64,000 nt of DNA from Clostridia bacterium (GCA_017461765.1 JAFTXO010000014.1:10926-74925), one strand, 5' to 3'. Numbered from the stretch's first letter, positions 33,490 to 44,309 are shown. Notes: generated from the sequence alone by a model not told the origin. Translations and numbers: made by a program.

Positions 33490-36400
33490 TTATTTAAAAT
33501 ATTTTACTGCCGATTTGAACATTTTTATGTCATAATCGCCGTAAACATTTTTATAAAGTCCGTTACCGATACGCTCGGAATGGCCCATTTTACCGATTAC
33601 TCGTCCATCGGGTGAAATGATACCCTCGATAGCGAGGCTTGAACCGTTGGGATTATAGTCGATATCGTAAGTAGCCTTTCCATCAAGATCTACGTATTGA
33701 GTTGCTATTTGTCCGTTTGCTATAAGCTGTGCAATAGTTTCGTCGCTTGCATAGAACTTACCTTCTCCGTGTGAGATCGGAACATTATACACATCTCCTA
33801 CATTGCAATCTGCAAGCCAAGGAGATTTGTTTGTAGCAATTCTCGTTCTTACGATCTTTGATTGGTGACGAGCAATATTATTGAATGTAAGTGTCGGGCA
33901 AGTTTCGTCGGTATTTATAATCTTTCCGTATGGAACAAGTCCGAGTTTTATAAGTGCCTGGAAGCCGTTACAGATACCGCACATAAGTCCGTCTCTGTTT
34001 TCAAGAAGGTTTGTTACCTCCTCCTTGATCTGTGCTCCTCTGAAGAATGCTGTGATAAATTTACCCGATCCGTCGGGCTCATCTCCGCCTGAAAATCCGC
34101 CGGGGATAAATACTATTTGAGAATCCTTAAGCTTAGCCGCAAATTGTTCGACGCTTCTCTTAATTCCCTCTGCGCTGAGGTTATTTATAACAAATATATC
34201 AGCCTTTGCGCCTGCGTCCTCAACAGCCTTTGCCGAGTCAAATTCGCAGTTAGTACCAGGGAATACGGGGATAAGAACCTTTGGCTTTGCTACCTTGATA
34301 TTTGATGCAAGCTTTTTATCGGAATTATAAGAAACAGTCTCGGGCTTTTCAGAGCTTGACTTGATGTTACAGGGATATACGCTTTCAAGCTTATTTTCGT
34401 AAAGCTCTGTAAGTGTACACATACAAACTTTCTTATCATTATATGCAAGATAAGCATCGTTAGTTACTTTTCCGAGATATGTGCCTATATCTATATCCTC
34501 GTTAAGCTCAAGAATAAACGAACCGTAATTATAGCCGAATATATCCTCAAGAGTAAGCTTGGGATCAAATTCAAAGCCAAGACCGTTACCGATAGCCATC
34601 TTATAAACAGCCTCAGCAACGCCGCCTATTGTGGGTGTATACGCGCTTGCCACCTTTCCGTCTCTTGCAAGAGCGGTTACCTTATCGTATACCGCCAAGA
34701 GAGAATCTGTTTTGGGAAGGTTATTTTCGTCGTATTCGGGTTTTATTATAACTACCTTATTTCCCGCTTTTTTAAATTCGGGTGAAATAACATCGTTTGT
34801 TTTACCTGTAGTTACTGCAAATGAAATCAGTGTGGGAGGAACATCAAGCTTTTCGAATGAACCGCTCATTGAGTCCTTACCGCCGATAGAGCCGATTTGA
34901 AGATCCTTTTGGGCCTTATATGCACCAAGAAGTGCAGAAAGCGGCTTACCCCATCTCTTAGGATCCTTAAGAGGCTTTTCGAAGTACTCTTGGAACGTAA
35001 GATATACGTCCTCGAATTTCGCGCCCGTTGCGATAAGCTTTGAAACAGATTCAATGACCGCAAGGTATGCGCCGTGGAAGGGGCTCTTTTCGGAAATGAA
35101 GGGATTATATCCCCAAGACATGAACGAGCAATCGTCAGTATGCTCTTTTTCAACGGATATTTTTTGAACCATTGACTGAATAGGTGTTCTTTGATATTTT
35201 CCGCCGAAGGGCATAAGAACCGTACCTGCACCGATCGTGCTGTCAAATCTTTCGCTAAGTCCTCTCTTTGAGCATATGTTAAGATCGGAAACGACAGCCT
35301 TCATTCCGCATTCGAAGCAAGCGGGCATTTCCTTTGCATAGTTTTGTATCTTTGCAGGAGCAATATCGATATGCTTTTCAGCTCCGTTTGAATTCAAGAA
35401 TTCACGGCTGATATCAACTATCGCTCTGCCGTTATGGAACATTTTAAGTCTCGGTTCTGCTTTAACGGTTGCTACAACCGTTGCTTCAAGGTTTTCGGAG
35501 TTTGCAAGCTTCAAGAATGCTTCAACATTCTCCTTCTCTACAACTACAGCCATTCTTTCTTGGCTTTCGCTTATTGCGAGCTCCGTTCCGTCAAGACCGT
35601 CATATTTTTTGGGTACTGCGTTAAGATCGATCTCAAGACCATCGGCAAGCTCGCCGATAGCAACAGATACACCGCCTGCTCCGAAATCGTTACAGCGCTT
35701 TATCATACGGCAAGCTTCATAGTTTCTGAAAAGTCTTTGAAGCTTTCTTTCCTCGGGAGCATTACCCTTTTGAACCTCAGCTCCGCACTGTTCAAGAGAT
35801 TTTACGGTATGAGATTTAGATGAGCCTGTAGCTCCTCCGCAGCCGTCTCTGCCCGTACGTCCGCCAAGAAGGATAACTATGTCTCCATCCTCAGGTCTTT
35901 CACGTCTTACGTTTCTTTGAGGAGCTGCGGCAATAACTGCACCTACCTCCATATGCTTTGCGGCATAACCGTCATGGTAGATCTCATCAACTATGCCTGT
36001 TGCAAGACCGATCTGGTTACCGTAAGAGGAATATCCCGCTGCGGCTGTTGTTACGATCTTTCTTTGAGGAAGCTTGCCCTCTATTGTCTGCTCAACAGGC
36101 TTAAGAGGATCGGCAGCACCGGTAAGACGCATCGCTCCATATACATAGGATCTTCCCGAGAGGGGATCACGGATAGCTCCGCCTATACAAGTTGCAGCTC
36201 CGCCAAACGGCTCAATCTCTGTAGGATGGTTATGAGTTTCATTTTTGAAAAGGAGCAACCAGGGCTCTTTCTTTCCGTCGACCTCAACCTCAATTTTTAC
36301 CGTACAAGCATTGATTTCTTCGCTCTCATCAAGCTTTTCAAGCTTTCCTTCTTTTTTAAGATATCTTACAGCCAAGGTTGCAAGATCCATAAGATTTACA

Positions 36401-37179
36401 GGCTTTGTTCTGCCAAGATATTTTCTTGTTTCAATATAATCGTTATATGTTTCCTGAAGAAGCTTATCTTCAAAGGTAACATTATCGATAGTTGTCAAAA
36501 ACGTCGTATGACGGCAGTGGTCAGACCAATATGTATCTATCATACGGATTTCTGTAACTGTAGGGTTTCTTCTCTCTGATTTAAAGTAATCCTGACAGAA
36601 CTTGATATCGTCATTATCCATAGCGAGTGCATAGGAGCTTACGAACTTGGCGAGTCCGTCCTTATCAAGATCGCAAAAGCCGTCTATAGTTTTTACATCG
36701 GCAGGTATTTCGTATTCCGCCTTTATCGTTTCCTTTTCTTCAAGAGATGCTTCTCTTGCTTCAACAGGGTTTATAACGTGCTTTTTAATTCTTGCTACCT
36801 CTTCGGATGTCAGTTTACCGTAAAGCATATAAACCTTTGCGCTCTGTACGCTCGGCTTATCACCTTGAGATATAAGCTGAATACACTGCGCTGCCGAGTC
36901 TGCTCTCTGATCAAATTGACCGGGGAGATATTCTGTTGCAAAAACTGTTGAGTCATCGTTTTCAAGTTTTGTGAATACATTATCAAGCTGAGGCTCTGAA
37001 AATACAGTTTCAACTGCATAGTCAAAAAGCTCTTTAGTAATGTTTTCAACATCATATCTATTGATAAGTCTTACCTTATCGATATTTTGAATTCCCAAAA
37101 AGGTTCTGATCTCTGAGCAAAGTGCATTTGCTTCGTTTTCAAGCCCCTTTTTCTTTTCAACATAAATGCGATAAACCAT
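33490..37179 (-). CDS. purL: Phosphoribosylformylglycinamidine synthase, single-chain large form
   Basis: 1229 aa. ETHNHPTEIEPFGGAATCIGGAIRD, duplicated AIR-synthase-like domains, and a C-terminal glutaminase domain (GICNGFQAL, HSE). Confidence 0.93.
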   Translation of the reverse strand: MVYRIYVEKKKGLENEANALCSEIRTFLGIQNIDKVRLINRYDVENITKELFDYAVETVFSEPQLDNVFTKLENDDSTVFATEYLPGQFDQRADSAAQCIQLISQGDKPSVQSAKVYMLYGKLTSEEVARIKKHVINPVEAREASLEEKETIKAEYEIPADVKTIDGFCDLDKDGLAKFVSSYALAMDNDDIKFCQDYFKSERRNPTVTEIRMIDTYWSDHCRHTTFLTTIDNVTFEDKLLQETYNDYIETRKYLGRTKPVNLMDLATLAVRYLKKEGKLEKLDESEEINACTVKIEVEVDGKKEPWLLLFKNETHNHPTEIEPFGGAATCIGGAIRDPLSGRSYVYGAMRLTGAADPLKPVEQTIEGKLPQRKIVTTAAAGYSSYGNQIGLATGIVDEIYHDGYAAKHMEVGAVIAAAPQRNVRRERPEDGDIVILLGGRTGRDGCGGATGSSKSHTVKSLEQCGAEVQKGNAPEERKLQRLFRNYEACRMIKRCNDFGAGGVSVAIGELADGLEIDLNAVPKKYDGLDGTELAISESQERMAVVVEKENVEAFLKLANSENLEATVVATVKAEPRLKMFHNGRAIVDISREFLNSNGAEKHIDIAPAKIQNYAKEMPACFECGMKAVVSDLNICSKRGLSERFDSTIGAGTVLMPFGGKYQRTPIQSMVQKISVEKEHTDDCSFMSWGYNPFISEKSPFHGAYLAVIESVSKLIATGAKFEDVYLTFQEYFEKPLKDPKRWGKPLSALLGAYKAQKDLQIGSIGGKDSMSGSFEKLDVPPTLISFAVTTGKTNDVISPEFKKAGNKVVIIKPEYDENNLPKTDSLLAVYDKVTALARDGKVASAYTPTIGGVAEAVYKMAIGNGLGFEFDPKLTLEDIFGYNYGSFILELNEDIDIGTYLGKVTNDAYLAYNDKKVCMCTLTELYENKLESVYPCNIKSSSEKPETVSYNSDKKLASNIKVAKPKVLIPVFPGTNCEFDSAKAVEDAGAKADIFVINNLSAEGIKRSVEQFAAKLKDSQIVFIPGGFSGGDEPDGSGKFITAFFRGAQIKEEVTNLLENRDGLMCGICNGFQALIKLGLVPYGKIINTDETCPTLTFNNIARHQSKIVRTRIATNKSPWLADCNVGDVYNVPISHGEGKFYASDETIAQLIANGQIATQYVDLDGKATYDIDYNPNGSSLAIEGIISPDGRVIGKMGHSERIGNGLYKNVYGDYDIKMFKSAVKYFK

Positions 37180-38456
37180 TATTTAGCCTCCGTTGCTTTG
37201 AGCGCTTTTTGTCCAATGTCACTTCTGTAAAAAGCGTTATCAAATTTTATCTTTTTAACTTTAGCGTAAGCGCCCTCTATTGCTTTCTCAAGAGTATTGT
37301 TAACGTCGGTTACTCCAAGAACTCTGCCGCCTGCGCTCAAAAGCTTTCCATCTGCTTTTTTTGCTCCTGCAACGTAAACGGTATCATTTATTTCCTCGGG
37401 AATTACGATCTCAAATCCGTTTTCGTATTTTTCGGGATATCCTTTTGAAGCCATAATTACACAGCAAGCATTCTTATCAGCGAATTTTACGTCGCAATTT
37501 TCAAGAGTTTGATTAGTAACGCTTTTCATTATCTCAAAAAGATCGCTTTCCAAAAGCGGCAATACTACCTGTGTTTCGGGATCTCCGAAGCGACAGTTGT
37601 ATTCAATAACCTTAGGACCGTTGGGAGTGAGCATAAGGCCGAAGTAAAGACATCCTTTAAATTCTCTGCCCTCTGCGTTCATAGCGTTTACAGTAGGCAG
37701 AAAAATCGTCTTCATACACTCATCCGCTATATCATTTGTGTAATAGGGATTTGGAGCTACTGTACCCATTCCGCCTGTGTTAAGACCTTTATCAAAATCA
37801 AGCGCACGCTTATGGTCCATAGATGATACCATAGGCTTTACGCATTTTCCGTCCGTAAATGCAAGAACCGATACCTCGGGGCCTGTTAAAAATTCTTCAA
37901 TAACGATATTGTTTCCGCTGTCTCCGAATTTTTTGTCCCCCATTATAGATCTGACTGCATCATAAGCTTCTTCTCTTGTCATTGCAATAACAACGCCCTT
38001 ACCGAGAGCCAAGCCGTCAGCCTTTATAACTGTGGGGATAGGTGCAGTCTTTAAGTACTCAAGAGCCACCTCGGCGCTATTGAACACCTCATATTCAGCG
38101 GTAGGAATACCGTATTTTTTCATAAGGTTTTTGGAAAACACCTTGCTTCCTTCAATTATAGCCGCTTTTTTATTAGGACCAAAGCAAGGAACGCCTATCT
38201 CCTCAAGCGCATCTACACAACCGAGCACCAAGGGATCGTCGGGTGCTACAACTGCGTAGTCTATCTTATTTTCCTTTGCAAAATTCACTATACCGTTAAT
38301 ATCCTTAGCACCGATGCTTACGCATTTTGCATCAGCCTCTATGCCTCCGTTTCCGGGGAGTGCGTAAAGCTCGGTTATGTTTTTATTTTCTTTAATCTTT
38401 TTTATTATGGCGTGCTCTCTGCCGCCTCCGCCTACAACTAATACCTTCATGTTCAC
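37179..38456 (-). CDS. purD: Phosphoribosylamine-glycine ligase
   Basis: MKVLVVGGGGREHAI N-terminus and ATP-grasp motifs. Confidence 0.95.
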   Translation of the reverse strand: MNMKVLVVGGGGREHAIIKKIKENKNITELYALPGNGGIEADAKCVSIGAKDINGIVNFAKENKIDYAVVAPDDPLVLGCVDALEEIGVPCFGPNKKAAIIEGSKVFSKNLMKKYGIPTAEYEVFNSAEVALEYLKTAPIPTVIKADGLALGKGVVIAMTREEAYDAVRSIMGDKKFGDSGNNIVIEEFLTGPEVSVLAFTDGKCVKPMVSSMDHKRALDFDKGLNTGGMGTVAPNPYYTNDIADECMKTIFLPTVNAMNAEGREFKGCLYFGLMLTPNGPKVIEYNCRFGDPETQVVLPLLESDLFEIMKSVTNQTLENCDVKFADKNACCVIMASKGYPEKYENGFEIVIPEEINDTVYVAGAKKADGKLLSAGGRVLGVTDVNNTLEKAIEGAYAKVKKIKFDNAFYRSDIGQKALKATEAK

Positions 38457-38462
38457 CTCGTA

Positions 38463-39647
38463 TTAATGGTGGAAGAGACGCATTTTTGTAAATGCCATTA
38501 CTATTCCGTATTTGTCGCAGCATTCGATAACGAGATCGTCTCTTATAGATCCGCCCGGCTCTGCTATATAGGATACTCCGCTCTTTCTTGCTCTTTCGAT
38601 GTTATCGCTGAACGGGAAGAATGCGTCCGAGCCTACGCTAACGCCTGTGATCGTATCAAGGTATGCTCTTGCTTCCTCTGCTGTCAAGGGCTCAGGTTGC
38701 TTTGTGAAATATTTCTGCCATACGCCGTCAGCACAAACATCTTCTTCATTCTTATTTATATAACCATCGATTACATTATCTCTGTCGGGTCTTGATATAG
38801 TTGGCAAGAAAGGAAGGTTCAAAACCTTTTCATGCTGTCTCAAATGCCATGTATCAGCCTTTGTTCCTGCAAGACGTGTGCAGTGAATTCTTGATTGCTG
38901 TCCTGCGCCTACGCCGATTGCCTGTCCGTTATATGCATAGCATACGGAGTTTGACTGTGTATATTTGAGTGTGATAAGAGAAATTATAAGGTCTGTAACT
39001 GCGCTTTCGGGAAGGTCTTTATTCTTAGTTACGATATCGGAAAGCAATTCCTTATTGATCTTGAAATTATTTCTGCCCTGTTCAAAGGTGATACCGTAAA
39101 CCTGTTTCTTCTCGATAGGATCGGGTGTGAAATCGGGATCGATCTTTACAATGTTATATGTACCCTTTCTCTTTGTTTTGAGTATTTCAAGAGCTTCATC
39201 TGTATATCCGGGAGCAATAACTCCGTCGGAGATTTCTCTCTTTATAAGTAATGCCGTTGTAACATCGCAAACATCGGAAAGTGCGATCCAGTCGCCAAAC
39301 GAGCTCATTCTGTCAGTTCCTCTTGCTCTTGCATATGCACACGCGAGAGGTGAATCGTCAAGTCCCTCGATATCATCAACAAAGCAAGCCTTTTTAAGCT
39401 TTTCGGGAAGCTTTATACCAACTGCCGCTGATGTGGGGCTAACGTGCTTAAAGGATGTTGCGCAAGGCATTCCAGTTGCTTCTTTAAGCTCTTTTACAAG
39501 CTGCCATGAGTTAAATGCATCGAGGAAGTTTATATATCCGGGTCTTCCACAAAGGATCTCAATAGGAAGCTCAGAACCGTTCTCCATATAAATCTTAGAA
39601 GGCTTTTGATTAGGGTTACAACCGTATTTAAGTTCAAATTCTTTCAT
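38463..39647 (-). CDS. purH: AICAR transformylase-only PurH homologue (no MGS-like IMP cyclohydrolase domain)
   Basis: 394 aa starting at KYGCNPNQ, and ending MRLFHH like the AICARFT domain. Confidence 0.8.
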   Translation of the reverse strand: MKEFELKYGCNPNQKPSKIYMENGSELPIEILCGRPGYINFLDAFNSWQLVKELKEATGMPCATSFKHVSPTSAAVGIKLPEKLKKACFVDDIEGLDDSPLACAYARARGTDRMSSFGDWIALSDVCDVTTALLIKREISDGVIAPGYTDEALEILKTKRKGTYNIVKIDPDFTPDPIEKKQVYGITFEQGRNNFKINKELLSDIVTKNKDLPESAVTDLIISLITLKYTQSNSVCYAYNGQAIGVGAGQQSRIHCTRLAGTKADTWHLRQHEKVLNLPFLPTISRPDRDNVIDGYINKNEEDVCADGVWQKYFTKQPEPLTAEEARAYLDTITGVSVGSDAFFPFSDNIERARKSGVSYIAEPGGSIRDDLVIECCDKYGIVMAFTKMRLFHH

Positions 39648-39656
39648 TTCAACACC

Positions 39657-40379
39657 TCAAATATTTTTATTTACTATTCTTGTTTCAGCCTCTCCGCTTG
39701 CGATATCTATATATCTAACGAAAAGAGATACCTTATTATCTTCGTTAAGATTTGTCCAGATAAGGTCTGTAAGAGCATCGATATCCATATTGGGAAGCTC
39801 AAGTGTTTTAGGCTCGCCTTCAAAGGAAGGAAGCGGATTTCCGTCTCCGTTATACGTGTGAATAAATTTGGCTTTTCCTGCTATGGGATTTGAATATGCG
39901 TATGTAAATCTTTCGCAAGAGCTGTCATCGCCCTCTGCGCTCTTAAGAATTGACATAGCGTAGTTCATGTCTCCGTTCTCGCGGTGAATTATACCTGAAA
40001 TTCTGGGAGTGAAGTTGGGCTTATCGTCCTCGAATTCTCTTGTTCTGAGCGCTTGCTCGAATGTCATCTGCTTATCCATAAGCTCGTAGATAGTATCGGT
40101 CTGATCGCCGTTTGTAACGATAGTCTTATTACCGAGAACTCTTACGGGATAGTAAATGATAAGATGAGGATCTACCATTTTGGATTCATCAAATGCTTTT
40201 GTACGCATATCGTTGCCTTCGGGAACGAACACTCTGTTACGGCTGTTTACGCTTCTGCCCATTATGAAATAAGCTGCAACCGCTTTTTTTCCGTCGGCGC
40301 TCTTTCCGATCATAATGCCTCTTCCGTGATAAGCCAAGGAATTGAGCTCATTTGCAATTGTTGATACCTTCATTTTCAT
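39657..40379 (-). CDS. PurO-type (archaeal-like) IMP cyclohydrolase
   Basis: 240 aa. GRGIMIGKSADGKKAVAAYFIMGRSVNSRNRVF matches the IMP_cyclohyd family signature. Sits between purN and purH. Confidence 0.65.
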   Translation of the reverse strand: MKMKVSTIANELNSLAYHGRGIMIGKSADGKKAVAAYFIMGRSVNSRNRVFVPEGNDMRTKAFDESKMVDPHLIIYYPVRVLGNKTIVTNGDQTDTIYELMDKQMTFEQALRTREFEDDKPNFTPRISGIIHRENGDMNYAMSILKSAEGDDSSCERFTYAYSNPIAGKAKFIHTYNGDGNPLPSFEGEPKTLELPNMDIDALTDLIWTNLNEDNKVSLFVRYIDIASGEAETRIVNKNI

Positions 40380-41011
40380 TCTCCTTTAATGTATACTTTA
40401 TTATTTTCTACAATGATTTTGCCCTCGCAAAAGAGCTTCACTGCTTGGGGAAGTATCTTCCACTCTGCCTCCTCCATAATACGCCTTTGAAGCGTTTCGG
40501 GAGTGTCGTCCTGCTTTACCTCTACCGCTTTTTGAAGAACTATTGGACCTGCATCACATTCAGGCGTTACTATATGCACCGTAGCTCCTGAAAGCTTGAC
40601 TCCTTTTTCAAGAGCCGCCTCGTGAACATGAAGTCCGTAAAATCCTTTTCCGCAGAATGAGGGAATAAGTGCAGGATGAACATTCAATATTCTGTTCGGA
40701 AATCTATTATATACCTGCTCATCTATGATCGTAAGGAAGCCTGCAAGCACAACAAGATCTATATTTTCATTCTCCATCGTATCGGCAAGTGCCTTTGAAT
40801 AATCGGCAATACTGTCATATTCCTTGCGAGGAAGAACTATTGATTTTATAGAATTGTTTTTTGCACGCTCAAGAGCATAAACATCGGGCTTTGAGGAAAT
40901 TACCAAGGATATTTTTCCGTTGCCAAGCTCTCCTCTTTTTTCAGCATCTATAAGAGCCTGTAAATTCGTACCTCCACCCGACACGAGCACTGCTATTTTA
41001 GCGTTTAGCAT
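40376..41011 (-). CDS. purN: Phosphoribosylglycinamide formyltransferase
   Basis: [24 protein letters not shown] and GATVH motifs. Confidence 0.93.
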   Translation of the reverse strand: MLNAKIAVLVSGGGTNLQALIDAEKRGELGNGKISLVISSKPDVYALERAKNNSIKSIVLPRKEYDSIADYSKALADTMENENIDLVVLAGFLTIIDEQVYNRFPNRILNVHPALIPSFCGKGFYGLHVHEAALEKGVKLSGATVHIVTPECDAGPIVLQKAVEVKQDDTPETLQRRIMEEAEWKILPQAVKLFCEGKIIVENNKVYIKGE

Positions 41012-42045
41012 AATACTACTCCGTCTTCGGATTTTACGATCTCTCCTATTACGTAAGCATCCTCACCATTTGCTTTGAGGATTTCGATAGCCTTATCAGC
41101 ATCCTCTTTAGCAACAACAACGCTCATACCAACGCCCATATTATATGTATTGAACATATCTCTTTCGGGAATATTTCCTGTCTTTGCAATAAGATCGAAT
41201 ATAGGAAGGACACGTACGTTTTTCTTTTCGATCTTCGCGCCGAGTCCTTTCGGAATGCTTCTTGGAATATTTTCATAGAAGCCGCCGCCTGTAATGTGCG
41301 ATACGCCCTTTACCTTAACCTGTTCAAAGAGTGCGAGCATAGGCTTTACGTATATCTTTGTAGGTGTAAGAAGTGTTTCGCCAAGGCTCTTTCCGCCAAG
41401 TGCTTCGATAGGAGTTTTGATATCCGCGTTTTCGATATCAAAAACCTTACGAACGAGTGAAAATCCGTTTGAGTGTACTCCGCTTGAGGGAAGTGCGATT
41501 ACAATATCGCCCTCTTTCATAGTAGAATTATCAAGAACCTTCGATTTATCAACTATACCAACGCAAAATCCTGCAAGATCATATTCGTCTATCGGATAAA
41601 AGCCCGGCATTTCTGCGGTTTCTCCGCCGATAAGTGCTGCTCCTGACTGTACACAGCCTTCCGCAACACCCTTTACGATATCTGCGATCTTTTCGGGAAC
41701 ATTTTTGCCGCACGCAATATAATCAAGGAAGAACAGCGGCTTTGCGCCTGCGCAAATGATATCGTTTGCGCACATAGCAACGCAATCGATACCGACCGTA
41801 TCGTGCTTGTCCATTAAAAATGCCATTTTAAGCTTTGTACCAACTCCGTCTGTTCCGCTTACCAATACAGGATTTGTCATGCCAGTAAGATCAAGCTCGA
41901 AAAGTCCGCCAAAGCCTCCTATTTCGGAATCAGCGCCTTTGATAATCGTTTTGGCGATATGTGCCTTCATAAGCTCTACCGCTTTATATCCCGCGGTAAT
42001 ATCAACGCCCGCTGCTGCGTAGCTTTCGGATTTTGAATTTTTCAC
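41005..42045 (-). CDS. purM: Phosphoribosylformylglycinamidine cyclo-ligase (AIR synthase)
   Basis: SYAAAGVDI and [10 protein letters not shown] motifs. GTG start at 42045, 9 nt after an AGGGAG RBS. The ORF-track start at 42090 overlaps purF. Confidence 0.9.
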   Translation of the reverse strand: MKNSKSESYAAAGVDITAGYKAVELMKAHIAKTIIKGADSEIGGFGGLFELDLTGMTNPVLVSGTDGVGTKLKMAFLMDKHDTVGIDCVAMCANDIICAGAKPLFFLDYIACGKNVPEKIADIVKGVAEGCVQSGAALIGGETAEMPGFYPIDEYDLAGFCVGIVDKSKVLDNSTMKEGDIVIALPSSGVHSNGFSLVRKVFDIENADIKTPIEALGGKSLGETLLTPTKIYVKPMLALFEQVKVKGVSHITGGGFYENIPRSIPKGLGAKIEKKNVRVLPIFDLIAKTGNIPERDMFNTYNMGVGMSVVVAKEDADKAIEILKANGEDAYVIGEIVKSEDGVVLC

Positions 42046-42061
42046 TTTAACTATCTCCCTT

Positions 42062-43468
42062 TTATTTATTTTCAGAAATTTTATAATCAAATTTGTTTGT
42101 TATAAGCTCAGGAATATCGGTTGGATATTTTCCGTCAAAGCAAGCTGTACAATAGCCCTTGCATTTTCCGCCCTCTCCAAGCTTTGTAACGTCTTCAATA
42201 GGCAAATAGCCCAAAGAATCTACATCAAAGATTTTTTTCATTTCTTCAATAGTGTGGTTACAAGCTATAAGAGCTTCCTTTGATTCGATATCTGTACCGT
42301 AATAGCACGGGTTGAGATAAGCAGGTGCGGATGAACGGAGATGAACCTCCTTAGCTCCCGCATTTCTTAAAAGCTTTACAATTCTTGCACACGTTGTTCC
42401 GCGGACTATTGAGTCATCGACAAGCACTACTCTCTTGCCCTTAACCGTATTGATTACGGGATTGAGCTTTATTCTGACCTTGTCCTCTCTAACGTTTTGT
42501 CCCGGAGCAATAAATGTTCTGCCTATGTATTTATTTTTAATAAGTCCTATTCCGTACGGAATTCCGGATTCTTCGGCATATCCAAGTGCCGCTTCAAGTC
42601 CGGAATCGGGAACTCCAACTACAACGTCTGCTTCAACAGGATGAGCCTTCGCAAGATATGCGCCGGCACGCTTTCTTGCCATTTGAACGGCACAATCGCT
42701 AATTATCGAATCGGGGCGGGCGGTATATATGTATTCGAACACACACAACGCTTCCGGCTTTTTATTACAATGGTCCTTTATTGACTTTATTCCGTCCTTT
42801 GAAAATACCAATATTTCACCGGGATCGATATCGCGAACAAATGTAGCTCCAACAGAATCAAGTGCACAGCTCTCGCTTGCTATTACATATTCTCCGTTTT
42901 CACGCTTACCGTAGCAAATCGGATGCAAACCGTATTCATCTCTTGCTACGACAATCTTTTGAGGAGACATAATAACGAATGTATATCCGCCCTCAAGCTT
43001 GTCCATAGCTCTGTTAACAGCCTCCTCTATCGATGAAGCGGTTAAACGCTCTTTAGTAATTATACACGAAATTATTTCGGCATCACTGTTTGTGTGAAAT
43101 ATAAGTCCCTGAAGCTCAAGCTCTCTTCTGAGCGCGGCGGCATTTACAAGTCTTCCGTTAGTTGCAATAGCCATTCTGCCCTTAACGTGATTTACAACAA
43201 TAGGCTCGGCGTTTACGCGTTCTTTCGTTTTAAGAGTTCCGTAGCGCACATGACCCAAAGCCATATTTCCTTCGCCAAGCTTTTGAAGCTTTTCCGATGT
43301 AAAAACATCGTTTACCAAGCCCGAATCCTTATGAGTACGGAAAACACCGTCATCATTAACCACTATTCCGGCGCTTTCCTGTCCTCTGTGTTGCAAGGAA
43401 TAAAGTCCGTAATATACACTTGACACAACATTGGTTCTTTCTTTTCCGATTATTGCAAAAATTCCCAT
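42062..43468 (-). CDS. purF: Amidophosphoribosyltransferase homologue (N-terminal nucleophile Cys absent)
   Basis: [28 protein letters not shown], PRTase loop [13 protein letters not shown], and C-terminal Cys ligands [14 protein letters not shown]. The N-terminus reads MGIFAIIG, not MCGIFG. Confidence 0.85.
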   Translation of the reverse strand: MGIFAIIGKERTNVVSSVYYGLYSLQHRGQESAGIVVNDDGVFRTHKDSGLVNDVFTSEKLQKLGEGNMALGHVRYGTLKTKERVNAEPIVVNHVKGRMAIATNGRLVNAAALRRELELQGLIFHTNSDAEIISCIITKERLTASSIEEAVNRAMDKLEGGYTFVIMSPQKIVVARDEYGLHPICYGKRENGEYVIASESCALDSVGATFVRDIDPGEILVFSKDGIKSIKDHCNKKPEALCVFEYIYTARPDSIISDCAVQMARKRAGAYLAKAHPVEADVVVGVPDSGLEAALGYAEESGIPYGIGLIKNKYIGRTFIAPGQNVREDKVRIKLNPVINTVKGKRVVLVDDSIVRGTTCARIVKLLRNAGAKEVHLRSSAPAYLNPCYYGTDIESKEALIACNHTIEEMKKIFDVDSLGYLPIEDVTKLGEGGKCKGYCTACFDGKYPTDIPELITNKFDYKISENK

Positions 43469-43532
43469 ATGATCATTCTCCTATCAAAGGTGCACAGTTT
43501 CTCATTTTTCAATCAGAGAATATGCATCAAAA

Positions 43533-44027
43533 TTATACATTGTATTTAGCTTCTATTTCCTTGTTTTTAGCAAGTACCTTTTGCTTTCCCGCTTCTCTTG
43601 CCTCAAGAAGCTTTTCATAAAGCTCTTTATCTTCAAGCGCAAGAATTTGAATAGCAAGAATTGCGGCGTTAGCAGCTCCGTCTATTGCAACTGTAGCAAC
43701 AGGAATACCCGAGGGCATTTGAACAGTGGCCAGAAGCGCATCCATTCCGCCTGTATTTTTACATGATATCGGAATACCGATGACAGGAAGAACCGTATTA
43801 GCTGCAACAGCTCCCGCCAAATGAGCTGCCATGCCTGCTGCGGCAATAATAACTCCAAAGCCGTTTGCTTTAGCGTTCTTTACGTAATCAGATGTTTCCT
43901 TAGGCGTTCTGTGCGCAGAATACACATGAACCTCAAACGGTACTCCGTATTCTTTAAGTACGTTTATGCCCTTTTCCACTATAGGCAAATCACTGTCGCT
44001 GCCCATGATGATAGCTACTTTTTTCAT
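43533..44027 (-). CDS. purE: N5-carboxyaminoimidazole ribonucleotide mutase (class I PurE-like)
   Basis: VAIIMGSDSDLP, SAHRTP and AGMAAHLAG motifs. Confidence 0.9.
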   Translation of the reverse strand: MKKVAIIMGSDSDLPIVEKGINVLKEYGVPFEVHVYSAHRTPKETSDYVKNAKANGFGVIIAAAGMAAHLAGAVAANTVLPVIGIPISCKNTGGMDALLATVQMPSGIPVATVAIDGAANAAILAIQILALEDKELYEKLLEAREAGKQKVLAKNKEIEAKYNV

Positions 44028-44065
44028 TTTTCAATTCTCCTTATCATTATAAATAAAAATTTTCA

Positions 44066-44180
44066 CTAAAAAAATAAATGGACAGAACTACCCTACTGCG
44101 GTAGAACTGCCCAGACGGTCGACATCGAAGGAAATTTGCTCCCTTGCGGTGTTCCCGCCATCCGTCAGTTGCAAAAACCT
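44066..44180 (-). ncRNA. ZTP (pfl motif) riboswitch with terminator, leader of the pur operon
   Basis: The minus strand reads CAACTGACGGATGGCGGGAACACCGCAAGGGAGC ... GTCGACCGTCTGGGCAG. GACGG and CCGTC can form the pseudoknot, and CCGTCTGGGCA resembles the conserved 3' CCGCCUGGGCA. The overlapping terminator is GGGCAGTTCTACC gcagta GGTAGTTCTGTCC plus a T-run (44066-44113). Confidence 0.7.
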
Positions 44181-44192
44181 TTACCGATATCA

Positions 44193-44222
44193 ATTTTAAC
44201 ATAATAATATATTATTTGTCAA
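44193..44222 (-). promoter_or_regulatory. Candidate sigma-A promoter of the pur operon
   Basis: On the minus strand: TTGACA - 18 nt - TAAAAT, with TG upstream of the -10. Confidence 0.5.
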
Positions 44223-44309
44223 TAGAATATCTTTATTTTAATTTAAAAATATTGTCGCTTTTTAGGGTTATTTTTCGTCATTTTATACAAATTATAAGAG
44301 CCAAGTAAC

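Noticed and set aside
44066-44180. Purine (guanine/adenine) riboswitch expected upstream of a pur operon.
   Set aside because: The leader lacks the purine-riboswitch three-way junction consensus. It carries the ZTP/pfl hallmarks instead (GACGG...CCGTCTGGGCA pseudoknot partner and a GGGAG-type helix).
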